A DNA stretch of 64,000 bases from an uncultured Ruminococcus sp. (GTDB taxonomy: Bacteria; Bacillota; Clostridia; Oscillospirales; Acutalibacteraceae): the NCBI GenBank assembly GCA_902773325.1, contig CACYDW010000173.1, positions 11,315 through 75,314 on the forward strand, read 5' to 3'. The first letter of the stretch is position 1, and every line of letters begins with the position of its first letter. Both the position numbers and the translations under genes were made by a program. The notes beneath the pieces were generated by a model. It made no database searches. It worked only from the letters and a program-made list of their open reading frames with translations, and had not been told where the DNA came from. Shown here one piece after another: positions 36,352-45,307 of the stretch.

Positions 36352-39300
36352 ATGGAAATGTATGAAGGCATTGCATCTGTAAAAAGACTGTCGGTTTATT
36401 TGCAGGAGCTGAAAACAATACTGAACGAGCAAAAGCTCATTGCCGTAATTTGTGTAAAGGATACGGCCGGGTATTGGCTCGATTCCGGAATACAAAACGA
36501 ATTGGAAGAACTGGGAATTCAAGAAAACCTGGTCAAGGCACTGATGTCAGGCTATATTGCCATTGTTAAAAGCAGTGTTGGTATACTCCACGAAAAGCTC
36601 AATCACAATGATGTCGAAGAATATCATGGCGAAATCGACGGTCATCGCTTCGACATTATCAGTCAACCCTATAACAAGGGAAATGTATGTTCGGTCAAAA
36701 TAGATGATCAGGAGTATGCTATCGGCAGAAGAGGGCTAAATATCGTTCTGTTTGATGCCGAAAATAATCAGGTTATGGATTCGGTTGCCTTTGATACGCA
36801 CGTACAGAATTATGCTTGCAGCAGAATGAAGCCGCATTATGATGTCGGTGTAGTGGGCTGCTGGTGGGGTGCCAATTACGGTTCCTGCCTGAACGGCTAT
36901 GCCGTATACAGGGTGCTCAAGGATATGGGAAAATCCGTGCTGATGATCAGCAAGCCTAATGCGACTCTCAATGACTGGGAGGTTGTAAACACCCATAATG
37001 CAAGATTTGTTGACAGATTTTATGACCCTACAGAGGTGAGTCCCTGCCTTTCCACTAAAAGTCATGAAGAGCTGAATGACTACTGCGATACCTTTATTTC
37101 AGGTTCAGACCAGATCTGGAATTATTTTGTCAACAAGATTTTTGACATGACCTTCATGCTCAATTTTGCTCATTCTGAGAAGAAAAAGCTCAGCTTTGGC
37201 ACATCCTTCGGTAAAGAGGTCGATATTACCCCGAAGGATAAAAGAGCTTACTCTGCAAGTCTGCTCAAACAATATAACGCGATCGCTGTCAGGGAAGAAA
37301 GCGGCGTCCGTATTTGTAACGAAATCTATGGGATCAATGCTACAACCGTTGTTGAGCCGGTATTCTGTCTGCCGCTGTCGGAATATCAGAAGCTGGCAGA
37401 GTGCTCACAGCTCCAGTTGGAACAGCCGTATATTCTGACGTATATCCTTGACCCCACACCGGAGAAGCGGGAAGCAATCCAATATTACTGCGAGATTTCC
37501 GGAATGAAGGCATATAATGTTCTTGACGGTGACCCGAGAAAATATGATAAGAATAAGCTATTGCTTGACTTGCCTGATATAATGGATAAAATAGGTGCAG
37601 ACGACTTTATGAAGCTATATATGAATGCTTCTCTTGTCATCACGGATTCCTTCCATGGTTCGGCATTTGCAATTATCTTCAATAAACCGCTGCTGTCTAT
37701 TACCAACATTACACGCGGTGCAGTCAGATTCAATGAGCTTTTGGGCAAGTTTAAGGTGCTTGACAGACTCTGCACGAATCCTGCCGAAATCCCGCATGAT
37801 CCGAGGTTCCTCGAACCGATCGACTACACGGAAACCAATCGGATTATTGAGTCCGAGAGAAACAGATCCATTGAGTGGCTGCGTCATGTGCTGGAAACAC
37901 CTGTGGAAGAGCTGCCTCCCATTGAAATACCTATGAAAGCGATAAAAGAAAATGCCGTAACAACGAAGTTAGAGAAGAAATTCTGTACGGGCTGCTCTGC
38001 TTGTGTCAATGCCTGTCCGCACGATGCGCTTTCGATTCGTCCCGATGAATACGGATATTATCGCTCTGTGATAGACAGTGAAAAATGTATCGACTGCGGA
38101 CTTTGTTCACGGGTATGTCCTGTTATTACGACTAAGGAAAACAAGAACAGTGCGGAACCGGATTGCTATGCACTGGTGGCAGCAGATGAAGACATCGTTA
38201 TGAAAAGCTCCAGCGGCGGCGCGTTTTCACTGCTTGCCAATGAGGTGTTCCGCAGAGGCGGCATTGTTGCCGGTGCGGCATGGAACGAGGACAATCTTAC
38301 GGTCGGGCATATTCTTGTTGACAAGCCGGAGGAGCTTTATAAGCTGAGAAAGTCAAAATATCTGCAAAGCTATATGGGAGATTCCTTTACACAGGTAAAG
38401 GAAAAACTGGATGATGGACAGCTTGTGCTCTTTACAGGCTGTGCGTGTCAGATAGCAGGTTTGAAGTCTTTTTTGAGAAAGGATTATGACAACCTGATTC
38501 TTGTGGATATTTTCTGTACGTATGTACCGTCCGCAGGATTCTTCAAAAAGTATATTGAAAGCAGCTTCAAGGATTTTGGAAGCTATGAATTCAGACACAA
38601 AGAAGGAGAAAAATGCTGGGACTGCTATACCGTTCAGATTACCGATAAAAACGGTAATGTTGAAGTACGGCGCGGTCCTGCCGAAGATGATTTCCAGCGC
38701 GTATTCCATAATCACACCATGACGGATGCCCACTGCGAAAAATGCAAGTTCCAGAACACAAAGCGTGAAGGCGACATTACACTCGGTGATTTCTGGGATA
38801 TCGGCAAGAAAAAGACGGATATTCCCTCCAACAAGGGTGTGTCTTGTGTTCTTATCAACAACGAAAAGGGCAGAGCCTTCTTTGAAAGTATTCCGGATGA
38901 AGAGATTGCCTTCAAGGAGAGTGCACCGCTGTCGTGGCTGGGCGGCAACGGCGGGGTAGGCAATACCAAGAATTATGCCTCCTCCAAAAGAAATGACTTC
39001 TTTAAGGCATACAGAACCATGCCGTTTGATAAGGCTGTCAACTATGCTCTTAAACCGAACCACGGTCAATACAGCAGTGACTACGTCATCAAGGGTGCGC
39101 CGCTGCATTTCAAATCCAACAAAAAGGTATTCAGCTTTGATGATAATGTGTGGGAGGAGCATAACATCAAAGGCTATACAACGCTGTTTGTAAAGCCCGG
39201 ACAGAGTGCTCCCGGCAAGTTTGCCACTATACCGTTGAACCGGCTTCTCGAAAAGGGTCAGACTTATACGCTGCTGATTCGTTTCAGAGCAAGAACAGAC

Positions 39301-39522
39301 AGTGAGTTTATCAACTTCCACGTCAAGGATTCCGGTTCTAATCAGTGGCAGGTTATGCACTACTGCAAGATGTCAAAGCATAAGGGAGAGGGATGGATCG
39401 AGATCACCCAAAGCTTTGTTCCCAACTCTCATGTGTATGATGAGTTTATGATCACCGCCTCCCAGATCGTCGGTGAAGATGCCTATATTGCCATAGATTA
39501 TATTTCGATTCAGAAGCTGTAA
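36352..39522 (+). CDS. Multi-domain fusion: unknown N-terminal domain, polysaccharide pyruvyl transferase, 2x[4Fe-4S] ferredoxin motif, FrhB-like (F420 hydrogenase/dehydrogenase beta-like) flavoprotein module, C-terminal beta-sandwich-like domain
   Basis: Pyruvyl transferase: 'VGVVGCWWGANYGSCLNGYA', 'FISGSDQIWNY' and 'VITDSFHGSAFAIIFNKP'. Fe-S: 'CTGCSACVNACPHDA' and 'CIDCGLCSRVCPV'. FrhB-like: 'SSSGGAFSLLA', 'KSKYLQS' and 'FTGCACQIAGLKSF'. The last ~150 aa are beta-rich and CBM-like. An AGGAGG RBS is present. Confidence 0.75.
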   Translation: MEMYEGIASVKRLSVYLQELKTILNEQKLIAVICVKDTAGYWLDSGIQNELEELGIQENLVKALMSGYIAIVKSSVGILHEKLNHNDVEEYHGEIDGHRFDIISQPYNKGNVCSVKIDDQEYAIGRRGLNIVLFDAENNQVMDSVAFDTHVQNYACSRMKPHYDVGVVGCWWGANYGSCLNGYAVYRVLKDMGKSVLMISKPNATLNDWEVVNTHNARFVDRFYDPTEVSPCLSTKSHEELNDYCDTFISGSDQIWNYFVNKIFDMTFMLNFAHSEKKKLSFGTSFGKEVDITPKDKRAYSASLLKQYNAIAVREESGVRICNEIYGINATTVVEPVFCLPLSEYQKLAECSQLQLEQPYILTYILDPTPEKREAIQYYCEISGMKAYNVLDGDPRKYDKNKLLLDLPDIMDKIGADDFMKLYMNASLVITDSFHGSAFAIIFNKPLLSITNITRGAVRFNELLGKFKVLDRLCTNPAEIPHDPRFLEPIDYTETNRIIESERNRSIEWLRHVLETPVEELPPIEIPMKAIKENAVTTKLEKKFCTGCSACVNACPHDALSIRPDEYGYYRSVIDSEKCIDCGLCSRVCPVITTKENKNSAEPDCYALVAADEDIVMKSSSGGAFSLLANEVFRRGGIVAGAAWNEDNLTVGHILVDKPEELYKLRKSKYLQSYMGDSFTQVKEKLDDGQLVLFTGCACQIAGLKSFLRKDYDNLILVDIFCTYVPSAGFFKKYIESSFKDFGSYEFRHKEGEKCWDCYTVQITDKNGNVEVRRGPAEDDFQRVFHNHTMTDAHCEKCKFQNTKREGDITLGDFWDIGKKKTDIPSNKGVSCVLINNEKGRAFFESIPDEEIAFKESAPLSWLGGNGGVGNTKNYASSKRNDFFKAYRTMPFDKAVNYALKPNHGQYSSDYVIKGAPLHFKSNKKVFSFDDNVWEEHNIKGYTTLFVKPGQSAPGKFATIPLNRLLEKGQTYTLLIRFRARTDSEFINFHVKDSGSNQWQVMHYCKMSKHKGEGWIEITQSFVPNSHVYDEFMITASQIVGEDAYIAIDYISIQKL

Positions 39523-39572
39523 GTCGGTACTTCATAAAATGAAACCGGCTGTATAGAGTGCGGAGGTATCAG

Positions 39573-40226
39573 GTGAAGAAGTATAAGCTTGTTATTTTTG
39601 ATTTGGACGGCACACTTGCTGATACCTCCCCCGGCATTTATAACTCCATTCGCTACACACAGCAAAGAATGCTGCTTCCTGCCATTTCCACAGAACAGAT
39701 GCGTTCCTTTATTGGTCCGCTCTCGCGGGACAGCTATCACCGTTGTTTTCATCTCAGTGGTGAACAGCTCGATGCGGCGCTTTCGTTTCATAAGGAATAT
39801 GCCATGAATCGGGGATACAGGGAACTGACATTCTATGACGGTATCCCCAGGCTGCTCGGTTTACTGCGTGACGAAGGTATGCAGACGGCAGTTGCGACCC
39901 TTAAAGCTCATACAACTGCTGTAAAGATTTTAGAAACGTTCGGAATGATGAACACTTTTGACGTTGTGGCCGGCACAGACAACTATCACCCTGTGACAAA
40001 AGCACAGCTTCTGGAGCATTGTATGGAAAGCTTGTCCGTTTCTGAAAAGGATGCCGTATTGATTGGTGACAGTACGTTTGATGCCCTCGGGGCGGCACAG
40101 GCAGGAATTGATTTTATTGCGGTGACCTACGGCTTTGGGTTCCGGAATGCTGCCGATGCTGAAGGGTATTCTTGTATAGCCGTGTGTGATTCACCTGATG
40201 AATTGGAACACATATTACTGCTATAG
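39573..40226 (+). CDS. HAD-superfamily phosphatase (phosphoglycolate phosphatase-like)
   Basis: 'LVIFDLDGTLADT' is HAD motif I, and 'GDSTFD' is motif IV-like. The GTG start at 39573 follows a GGAGG RBS. Confidence 0.75.
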   Translation: MKKYKLVIFDLDGTLADTSPGIYNSIRYTQQRMLLPAISTEQMRSFIGPLSRDSYHRCFHLSGEQLDAALSFHKEYAMNRGYRELTFYDGIPRLLGLLRDEGMQTAVATLKAHTTAVKILETFGMMNTFDVVAGTDNYHPVTKAQLLEHCMESLSVSEKDAVLIGDSTFDALGAAQAGIDFIAVTYGFGFRNAADAEGYSCIAVCDSPDELEHILLL

Positions 40227-40290
40227 TTCATAATTTTTTGTAAAAACAGAACAGTTTGTTTTCTGCCTGAAAACAAATCGGATTATTCAA

Positions 40291-40345
40291 AAATCGCCTG
40301 ATACATCGCATTGCCCCCTTGAATATGTATCGGCGATTTTTTTTC
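40291..40345 (+). terminator. Terminator after the HAD gene
   Basis: aaatcgcctgatacat / atgtatcggcgattt forms the stem, with one bulge, followed by TTTTTTTT. Confidence 0.6.
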
Positions 40346-40398
40346 TGAAAAAATCAGACAAATTCGATGAATTAAAGCAATTTTTTTGACTAAAAAGA

Positions 40399-40427
40399 TT
40401 GATTTTAACGTCGAAATATGGTTTAAT
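40399..40427 (+). promoter_or_regulatory. SigA-type promoter candidate for the ntp operon
   Basis: TTGATT, then 17 nt, then TTTAAT, with a TG extended -10. Confidence 0.4.
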
Positions 40428-40492
40428 GGTAGTGTGCTGAACTACGGTTTTGCATAATTTTTTTGTGAAGCTGCAAAAAAGGAGAATACGGT

Positions 40493-40807
40493 ATGGCGAG
40501 TGAAATGATGAAAGCCATTCTTAAGACGGAGGAGGAGTGCAGACAAAACGAAGCCAAAGCAAAGACGGAGGCGGATACTGCCAAAGCCGAAGCTTTGAAA
40601 CAAGCCAAAACGCTTGTCAGCAATGCCAGCAGCAAGGCACAAACCCTGCTTTCTCAGTCTGAGGAACAGGAAACCGCTGATTATGCGGGGAAGCTTGAAA
40701 AAAAACGTAAGGAATTTGAAAAAAGCTCCCAGTCCATCACGGAAAAGGCAAGCAAAAACCGCGATAAGGTCACTCAGTCGGTTGTAAAATTTCTGACAGA
40801 AGGCTGA
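40493..40807 (+). CDS. V/A-type ATPase peripheral-stalk subunit (G/H-like, first gene of operon)
   Basis: It is a 104-aa all-helical, Lys/Glu/Ala-rich protein. It has an AAGGAG RBS and sits ahead of subunit I, as in ntp operons. Confidence 0.6.
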   Translation: MASEMMKAILKTEEECRQNEAKAKTEADTAKAEALKQAKTLVSNASSKAQTLLSQSEEQETADYAGKLEKKRKEFEKSSQSITEKASKNRDKVTQSVVKFLTEG

Positions 40808-40845
40808 TCGCCTTATCAATTGAATTAAAGTGTGGTGATAATCGT

Positions 40846-42834
40846 TTGGCAAAGATGAAAATGAAGTCAGTGCGTATTTTCGCACTGAAACAGGACAGAA
40901 AACGTCTTCTCGAACATCTTCAGGATAGCGCGCTTGTCCATGTAAAGCATACCAATGAAGCGGAGCAGGGTTTTCTGAGAACAGATACCTCCGCTCAGAT
41001 CAAGCAGTTTGAGCGGAATATTGGCATAACGGAACAGGCACTGAAAATACTTGCACAGATCGTTCCCGAGAAAAAAGGATTGCTTGCAAGCTTTAAGGGC
41101 AGACCGGAGATCGACCCCGATGAGATCGGCATTATTGCCTCTAATTCGCCTAAGATCATCAGTGTGTGCAACAAAATCATCAAGCTTGATAAACAACGGG
41201 CAGACTATGCTGCCGAGCAGGTCAGGATCAAGACAGCTCTGGCACAGCTTGAACCGTGGAAAAAGCTTGATATCCCTCTCAATTCCAAAGATACCGCATC
41301 AACCGCTGTGTTGATCGGTACGCTGCCAAGACTCTATGACAATACTTCGCTGTCAGAAGCGTTGGCAGCAGAAAGCTCTGATTTGGTTTTTGAGTTTGAA
41401 ATCCTTTATGCTTCTGCAAGTATGACCTGTATTGTATTGTATGCGCCGAAATATCAGCGGACTTTGGCTGAACAATCTCTTCGTACATTAGGCTTTTCAC
41501 AGCCAATCAATCCTACCAGCAGAACCCCTCAGGTAAAATCGGAGCGACTCCTGAAAAAGAGTGAAGAAATCAAAGTGAAAAGCGAAGAGGCAAAGGATAA
41601 AATTGAGTCTTATGCAGAGTACCGCGAAGCAATTGCCCGGACGCAGGATTATTTTTTGCTGCGTTCCGAGAAATACCGCGTGATCTCGGAGCTTGATCAG
41701 TCCAGACATGTGTTTGTTCTCAACGGTTATATTCCCGAGGAGGACTGCGAAAAGCTGAAAAAGATCTGCGATTCTGTTTCCTCCTGTGTTCTTGAAATTG
41801 AGGACGCTGACGAGGATGCTCCAATCAAGCTGAAAAACAATGCATTTGCAGAACCGGCTCAGAGTATTGTGACGATGTATTCTACACCGTCCAAAAACGA
41901 CATTGATCCGACACCTGTCCTTGCATTTTTCTTTTACTTCTTCTTCGGCATGATGTTTTCTGATGCAGGCTACGGTCTGCTGATGATATTGGCAACAACC
42001 ATAGCCATTCATGCCTTGAAGCCCGACAAAAAGATGCGCAGCAATCTCCGGCTGTTTCAGTACTGCGGTGTATCCACCGTGTTCTGGGGACTGGTTTTCG
42101 GCAGTATTTTCGGAGATGCACCTGCCGTGATCAGCAATCTGATCACCGGCGGCAATATGACAATGGCAGATCTGCTGCCGTGGCCGATTCTCGATACCCA
42201 GAAGGACGCTCTTATGATCATGATCATGTCTATAGCGTTCGGTCTGGTGCATATTCTCGTGGGTATGGGCTGTAAATTCTTTGTTTGTCTGAAACAGAAG
42301 CGATATGCGGAGGCATTTTTTGATACAGGGCTATGGATGCTTCTGCTGGTTGGATTTGCGGTTTTAGCAGCCGGTATGGCTGTTTCACAAACGCTTGTAT
42401 ATGCCGGCGGCGGGATCGCGATTGCCTGTGCAGTCGGTCTGGTGCTGACGCAGGGCAGAGGAAAAAAGGGAATTGTTGGTAAATTCATCGGCGGACTTGC
42501 TTCGCTGTATGATATCACCAGCTATGTCAGCGATCTGCTCAGTTATTCCAGACTGCTGGCACTCGGTCTGACGACCGGCGTCATGGCGCAGGTGTTCAAT
42601 ATGCTGGCTACACTTTTCGGCACAAGCGTTTTTGGGATCATTCTGATGGTTCTGGTGTTTGTGGTCGGCCATGCCATTACCATCGGACTCAACGCGTTGG
42701 GCTCTTATGTACACACCATGAGATTACAGTATGTAGAGATGTTCAGCAAGTTCTATGAGGGCGGCGGAAAGCCGTTTGAGCCTTTTGCACTTCACAGCAA
42801 AAGCTTTAAGGTAAAAAACAGCAACGAGGATTGA
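40846..42834 (+). CDS. ntpI: V-type ATPase subunit I (membrane a-subunit)
   Basis: A ~340-aa cytoplasmic coiled N-terminal half is followed by a polytopic C-terminal half containing 'SYSRLLALGL', which holds the essential Arg. Confidence 0.88.
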   Translation: MAKMKMKSVRIFALKQDRKRLLEHLQDSALVHVKHTNEAEQGFLRTDTSAQIKQFERNIGITEQALKILAQIVPEKKGLLASFKGRPEIDPDEIGIIASNSPKIISVCNKIIKLDKQRADYAAEQVRIKTALAQLEPWKKLDIPLNSKDTASTAVLIGTLPRLYDNTSLSEALAAESSDLVFEFEILYASASMTCIVLYAPKYQRTLAEQSLRTLGFSQPINPTSRTPQVKSERLLKKSEEIKVKSEEAKDKIESYAEYREAIARTQDYFLLRSEKYRVISELDQSRHVFVLNGYIPEEDCEKLKKICDSVSSCVLEIEDADEDAPIKLKNNAFAEPAQSIVTMYSTPSKNDIDPTPVLAFFFYFFFGMMFSDAGYGLLMILATTIAIHALKPDKKMRSNLRLFQYCGVSTVFWGLVFGSIFGDAPAVISNLITGGNMTMADLLPWPILDTQKDALMIMIMSIAFGLVHILVGMGCKFFVCLKQKRYAEAFFDTGLWMLLLVGFAVLAAGMAVSQTLVYAGGGIAIACAVGLVLTQGRGKKGIVGKFIGGLASLYDITSYVSDLLSYSRLLALGLTTGVMAQVFNMLATLFGTSVFGIILMVLVFVVGHAITIGLNALGSYVHTMRLQYVEMFSKFYEGGGKPFEPFALHSKSFKVKNSNED

Positions 42835-42897
42835 CTGTGTGGATACTCTTTGAATTCAATAAGGGTTTAATGCCCGATTAACGGAGGTAATTTATTT

Positions 42898-43374
42898 ATG
42901 ACTGGTATTATTTTAGCTATTTTGGGAATCGCGACCGCAACAGTTCTGGCAGGCATTGGCTCTGCTAAAGGTGTAGGAAGTGCAGCGCAGTCTGCCATGG
43001 GTGTTCTTTCTGAGGATTCTTCCATGTTCGGTAAGATGCTCGTTCTTACGCTTCTTCCCGGTACACAGGGACTTTACGGCTTTATCGTAGGCTTCCTGAT
43101 CCTTATCAACGCAGGTGTTCTCGGCGGAGGTGCTCTGCCCACCGTTGGACAGGGACTTGCTTATCTCTGCGGTGCGCTCGCAATTGGATTCGGCGGTATG
43201 TTCTCAGGCTTTGCACAGGGAAAGGCAGCCGTTTCCGGTATTCTGATGTGTGCTAAGGACGAAAAGAATTTCTCTAAAGCAATGGTATCTATTACACTGG
43301 TAGAAATCTATGCACTTCTTGCCTTTATCGTATCGCTTCTCATCGTTATTTCTGTTCCGGGTTTTGCAGGCTGA
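42898..43374 (+). CDS. ntpK: V-type ATPase proteolipid subunit K (4-TM, duplicated c)
   Basis: 'GIGSAKGVG', 'LLPGTQGLYGF', 'FSGFAQGK' and 'LVEIYALLAF' align with Enterococcus hirae NtpK. Confidence 0.9.
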   Translation: MTGIILAILGIATATVLAGIGSAKGVGSAAQSAMGVLSEDSSMFGKMLVLTLLPGTQGLYGFIVGFLILINAGVLGGGALPTVGQGLAYLCGALAIGFGGMFSGFAQGKAAVSGILMCAKDEKNFSKAMVSITLVEIYALLAFIVSLLIVISVPGFAG

Positions 43375-43416
43375 TTCAGGAAAAAGAACATAGAACGAAA
43401 TAAAGGTGGGTTGCAG

Positions 43417-43998
43417 ATGAGCGGAGAAAAAATTCTGTCGAGTATCAGGGAAGAAAGCGAAAAGAATATCGCCGCAATCAAAGAGGATTCCGAAAAAAAG
43501 TGCAAAGAAATACTTGATAAGGCAGATTCGACCGTGAAAACGATCAAGAGCGATGCCGACCGCCGTCTTAAGGAGCAGTCGGCTCGTCTGAAAGGCTCCT
43601 ATGAAAGAAGCGTGGAGCTGTTAAAGCGCAATACTCTTTTGAAAATCAGAAGAACGGAAATTGATAAAACCATCAGCTATATATGCGATTACATGACCGG
43701 GCTTAATGATCAGGCATATTTTGAACTGATTTATAAGCTTGCGGGAACGCTCGGTAAAAAAAGCGGTGTTGTTTATCTTAACGAAAAGGATTTGAAACGA
43801 GCGCCCAAGGATTTCGTACTGCAAATGAATAGGGCGGGATTGGATGTAACGCTTTCGTCAACGCCCGATAACAGCATCGCAAGCGGATTTATCATTAAAA
43901 AAGGTGATATAGAGGAAAACATGAGCTTTTCTGCCATTATTGCCGACAAGCGTGAGGCGATTGAGGATATCATCAGCCGAGAGCTGTTTACAGACTAA
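43417..43998 (+). CDS. ntpE: V-type ATPase subunit E
   Basis: It has a long N-terminal helix and a C-terminal globular region, and sits after subunit K. The ATG at 43417 follows an AAAGGTGGG RBS. Confidence 0.8.
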   Translation: MSGEKILSSIREESEKNIAAIKEDSEKKCKEILDKADSTVKTIKSDADRRLKEQSARLKGSYERSVELLKRNTLLKIRRTEIDKTISYICDYMTGLNDQAYFELIYKLAGTLGKKSGVVYLNEKDLKRAPKDFVLQMNRAGLDVTLSSTPDNSIASGFIIKKGDIEENMSFSAIIADKREAIEDIISRELFTD

Positions 43999-44009
43999 GG
44001 AGGCATTAT

Positions 44010-44981
44010 ATGGCTTTATCGTATGAGTTTTCCATAGGTTCTGTACGTGCAAGGGAGCTGCGGCTGCTTTCAAAGTCGGATATTGAACAGATGATCGCAC
44101 TCGGTGATGTTCAGGCTCTGGTACGTTTTTTGAAAGATAAGGGTTTTGGCGAAGGCGAAACGATCGATGAGATCATCGAAAGCAATACGGAACAAATGTG
44201 GACATATCTCAGGAGCGTTACACCGGATTTCAGTATTTTTGAGCCTTTTCTGTGCCAGAATGATATTCACAATTTCAAGACGATCCTGAAAGGGATCATG
44301 TCCGAACGGAAATATCAAGGCTTGCTGGCTTCCCCCAGCGTTGTCAGCCTTGATGATATGACGAAGGCGGTTGAAAACAGACGCTTTGATTTGCTTCCTG
44401 AATGGCTTCAAAAATCTGCCGATCAGGCATACTCTCTGCTTGCAGAAACCAAAGATGCCCGCATGAGTGATGCAGCCGTTGACAGAGCTATGCTTGAGAA
44501 GCTCTTGTATGAAGGCAAAAAATCAAAATCAAGATTCTTGATGCTTTATTTTGAAACAATGGTGTTCTATGCCAATATTAAAATTGCGCTTCGTGCAGCC
44601 CGGACGGGAACGAAGGATTATTATCTTGATATGGCACTCTGTGAGGTAAGGGATTTCGACAAAGAAGTTGTAAAGCGTGCAGCTTTACAAAGCAGTGATA
44701 TGCTTTGTAAGTATCTCGATAAGCTGAAAGCCTATGACTGTTATAAAGCAATGGAGGCTTATTATCAGTCCCCGTCAGATCTTGAACGCTTTGTTGACAA
44801 TATGCTGATGGGAATTGCGAGAAAATACTGTCGCTATGCAAGCGAAGGCTCTGAGCCGCTTATGGGATACTATCTTGCCTGCGGACAGGAGAGAAAGCTG
44901 ATTCATATTATAGCCAGCGGACTTGGAACCAACTCCACTGTCGATGTTATCAGAGAAAGGCTGCGTGAAACCTATGGCTAA
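44010..44981 (+). CDS. ntpC: V-type ATPase subunit C (d-like)
   Basis: It is a 323-aa helical protein, 'GSVRARELRLLS...', in the operon position of NtpC. Confidence 0.8.
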   Translation: MALSYEFSIGSVRARELRLLSKSDIEQMIALGDVQALVRFLKDKGFGEGETIDEIIESNTEQMWTYLRSVTPDFSIFEPFLCQNDIHNFKTILKGIMSERKYQGLLASPSVVSLDDMTKAVENRRFDLLPEWLQKSADQAYSLLAETKDARMSDAAVDRAMLEKLLYEGKKSKSRFLMLYFETMVFYANIKIALRAARTGTKDYYLDMALCEVRDFDKEVVKRAALQSSDMLCKYLDKLKAYDCYKAMEAYYQSPSDLERFVDNMLMGIARKYCRYASEGSEPLMGYYLACGQERKLIHIIASGLGTNSTVDVIRERLRETYG

Positions 44982-45297
44982 GAGTATAGCAATGATCGGC
45001 GACAGTGAAAGCGTTAAAGGCTTTGGCGCGGTCGGCTTTGATTTGTTTATCTGTGATGATATACAAAACAGCGCGGCTGTTTTGAAGCAGATCACAGAAG
45101 ATGATTATTATGCGATTATTTTTATGACCGAGGAGATTTTTCAGCAAACAGCAAAGGAAAGAGAAAAATTCGCTGAAATGTTGACCCCCGCTATGATACC
45201 TCTGCCTGGTACAAGAGGAAACGCGGGAATCGGCACACAGCGTTTATCGTCCTTTGTAGAAAAAGCAGTAGGCTCCGACATTCTCTTCAAAAATTGA
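44974..45297 (+). CDS. ntpF: V-type ATPase subunit F
   Basis: '[25 protein letters not shown]' is present. The start at 44974 overlaps the subunit C stop by 8 nt; the listed start at 44923 is too early. Confidence 0.8.
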   Translation: MAKSIAMIGDSESVKGFGAVGFDLFICDDIQNSAAVLKQITEDDYYAIIFMTEEIFQQTAKEREKFAEMLTPAMIPLPGTRGNAGIGTQRLSSFVEKAVGSDILFKN

Positions 45298-45307
45298 GGT
45301 GTATAAT

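Noticed and set aside
38353-39360. 335-aa minus-strand ORF
   Set aside because: It is antisense to the C-terminal third of the pyruvyl-transferase fusion gene, which carries clear FrhB-like motifs on the plus strand. It is a shadow ORF.
41497-42252. 251-aa minus-strand ORF
   Set aside because: It is antisense to the membrane half of ntpI, and its His/Arg/Cys-rich composition is implausible for a real protein.
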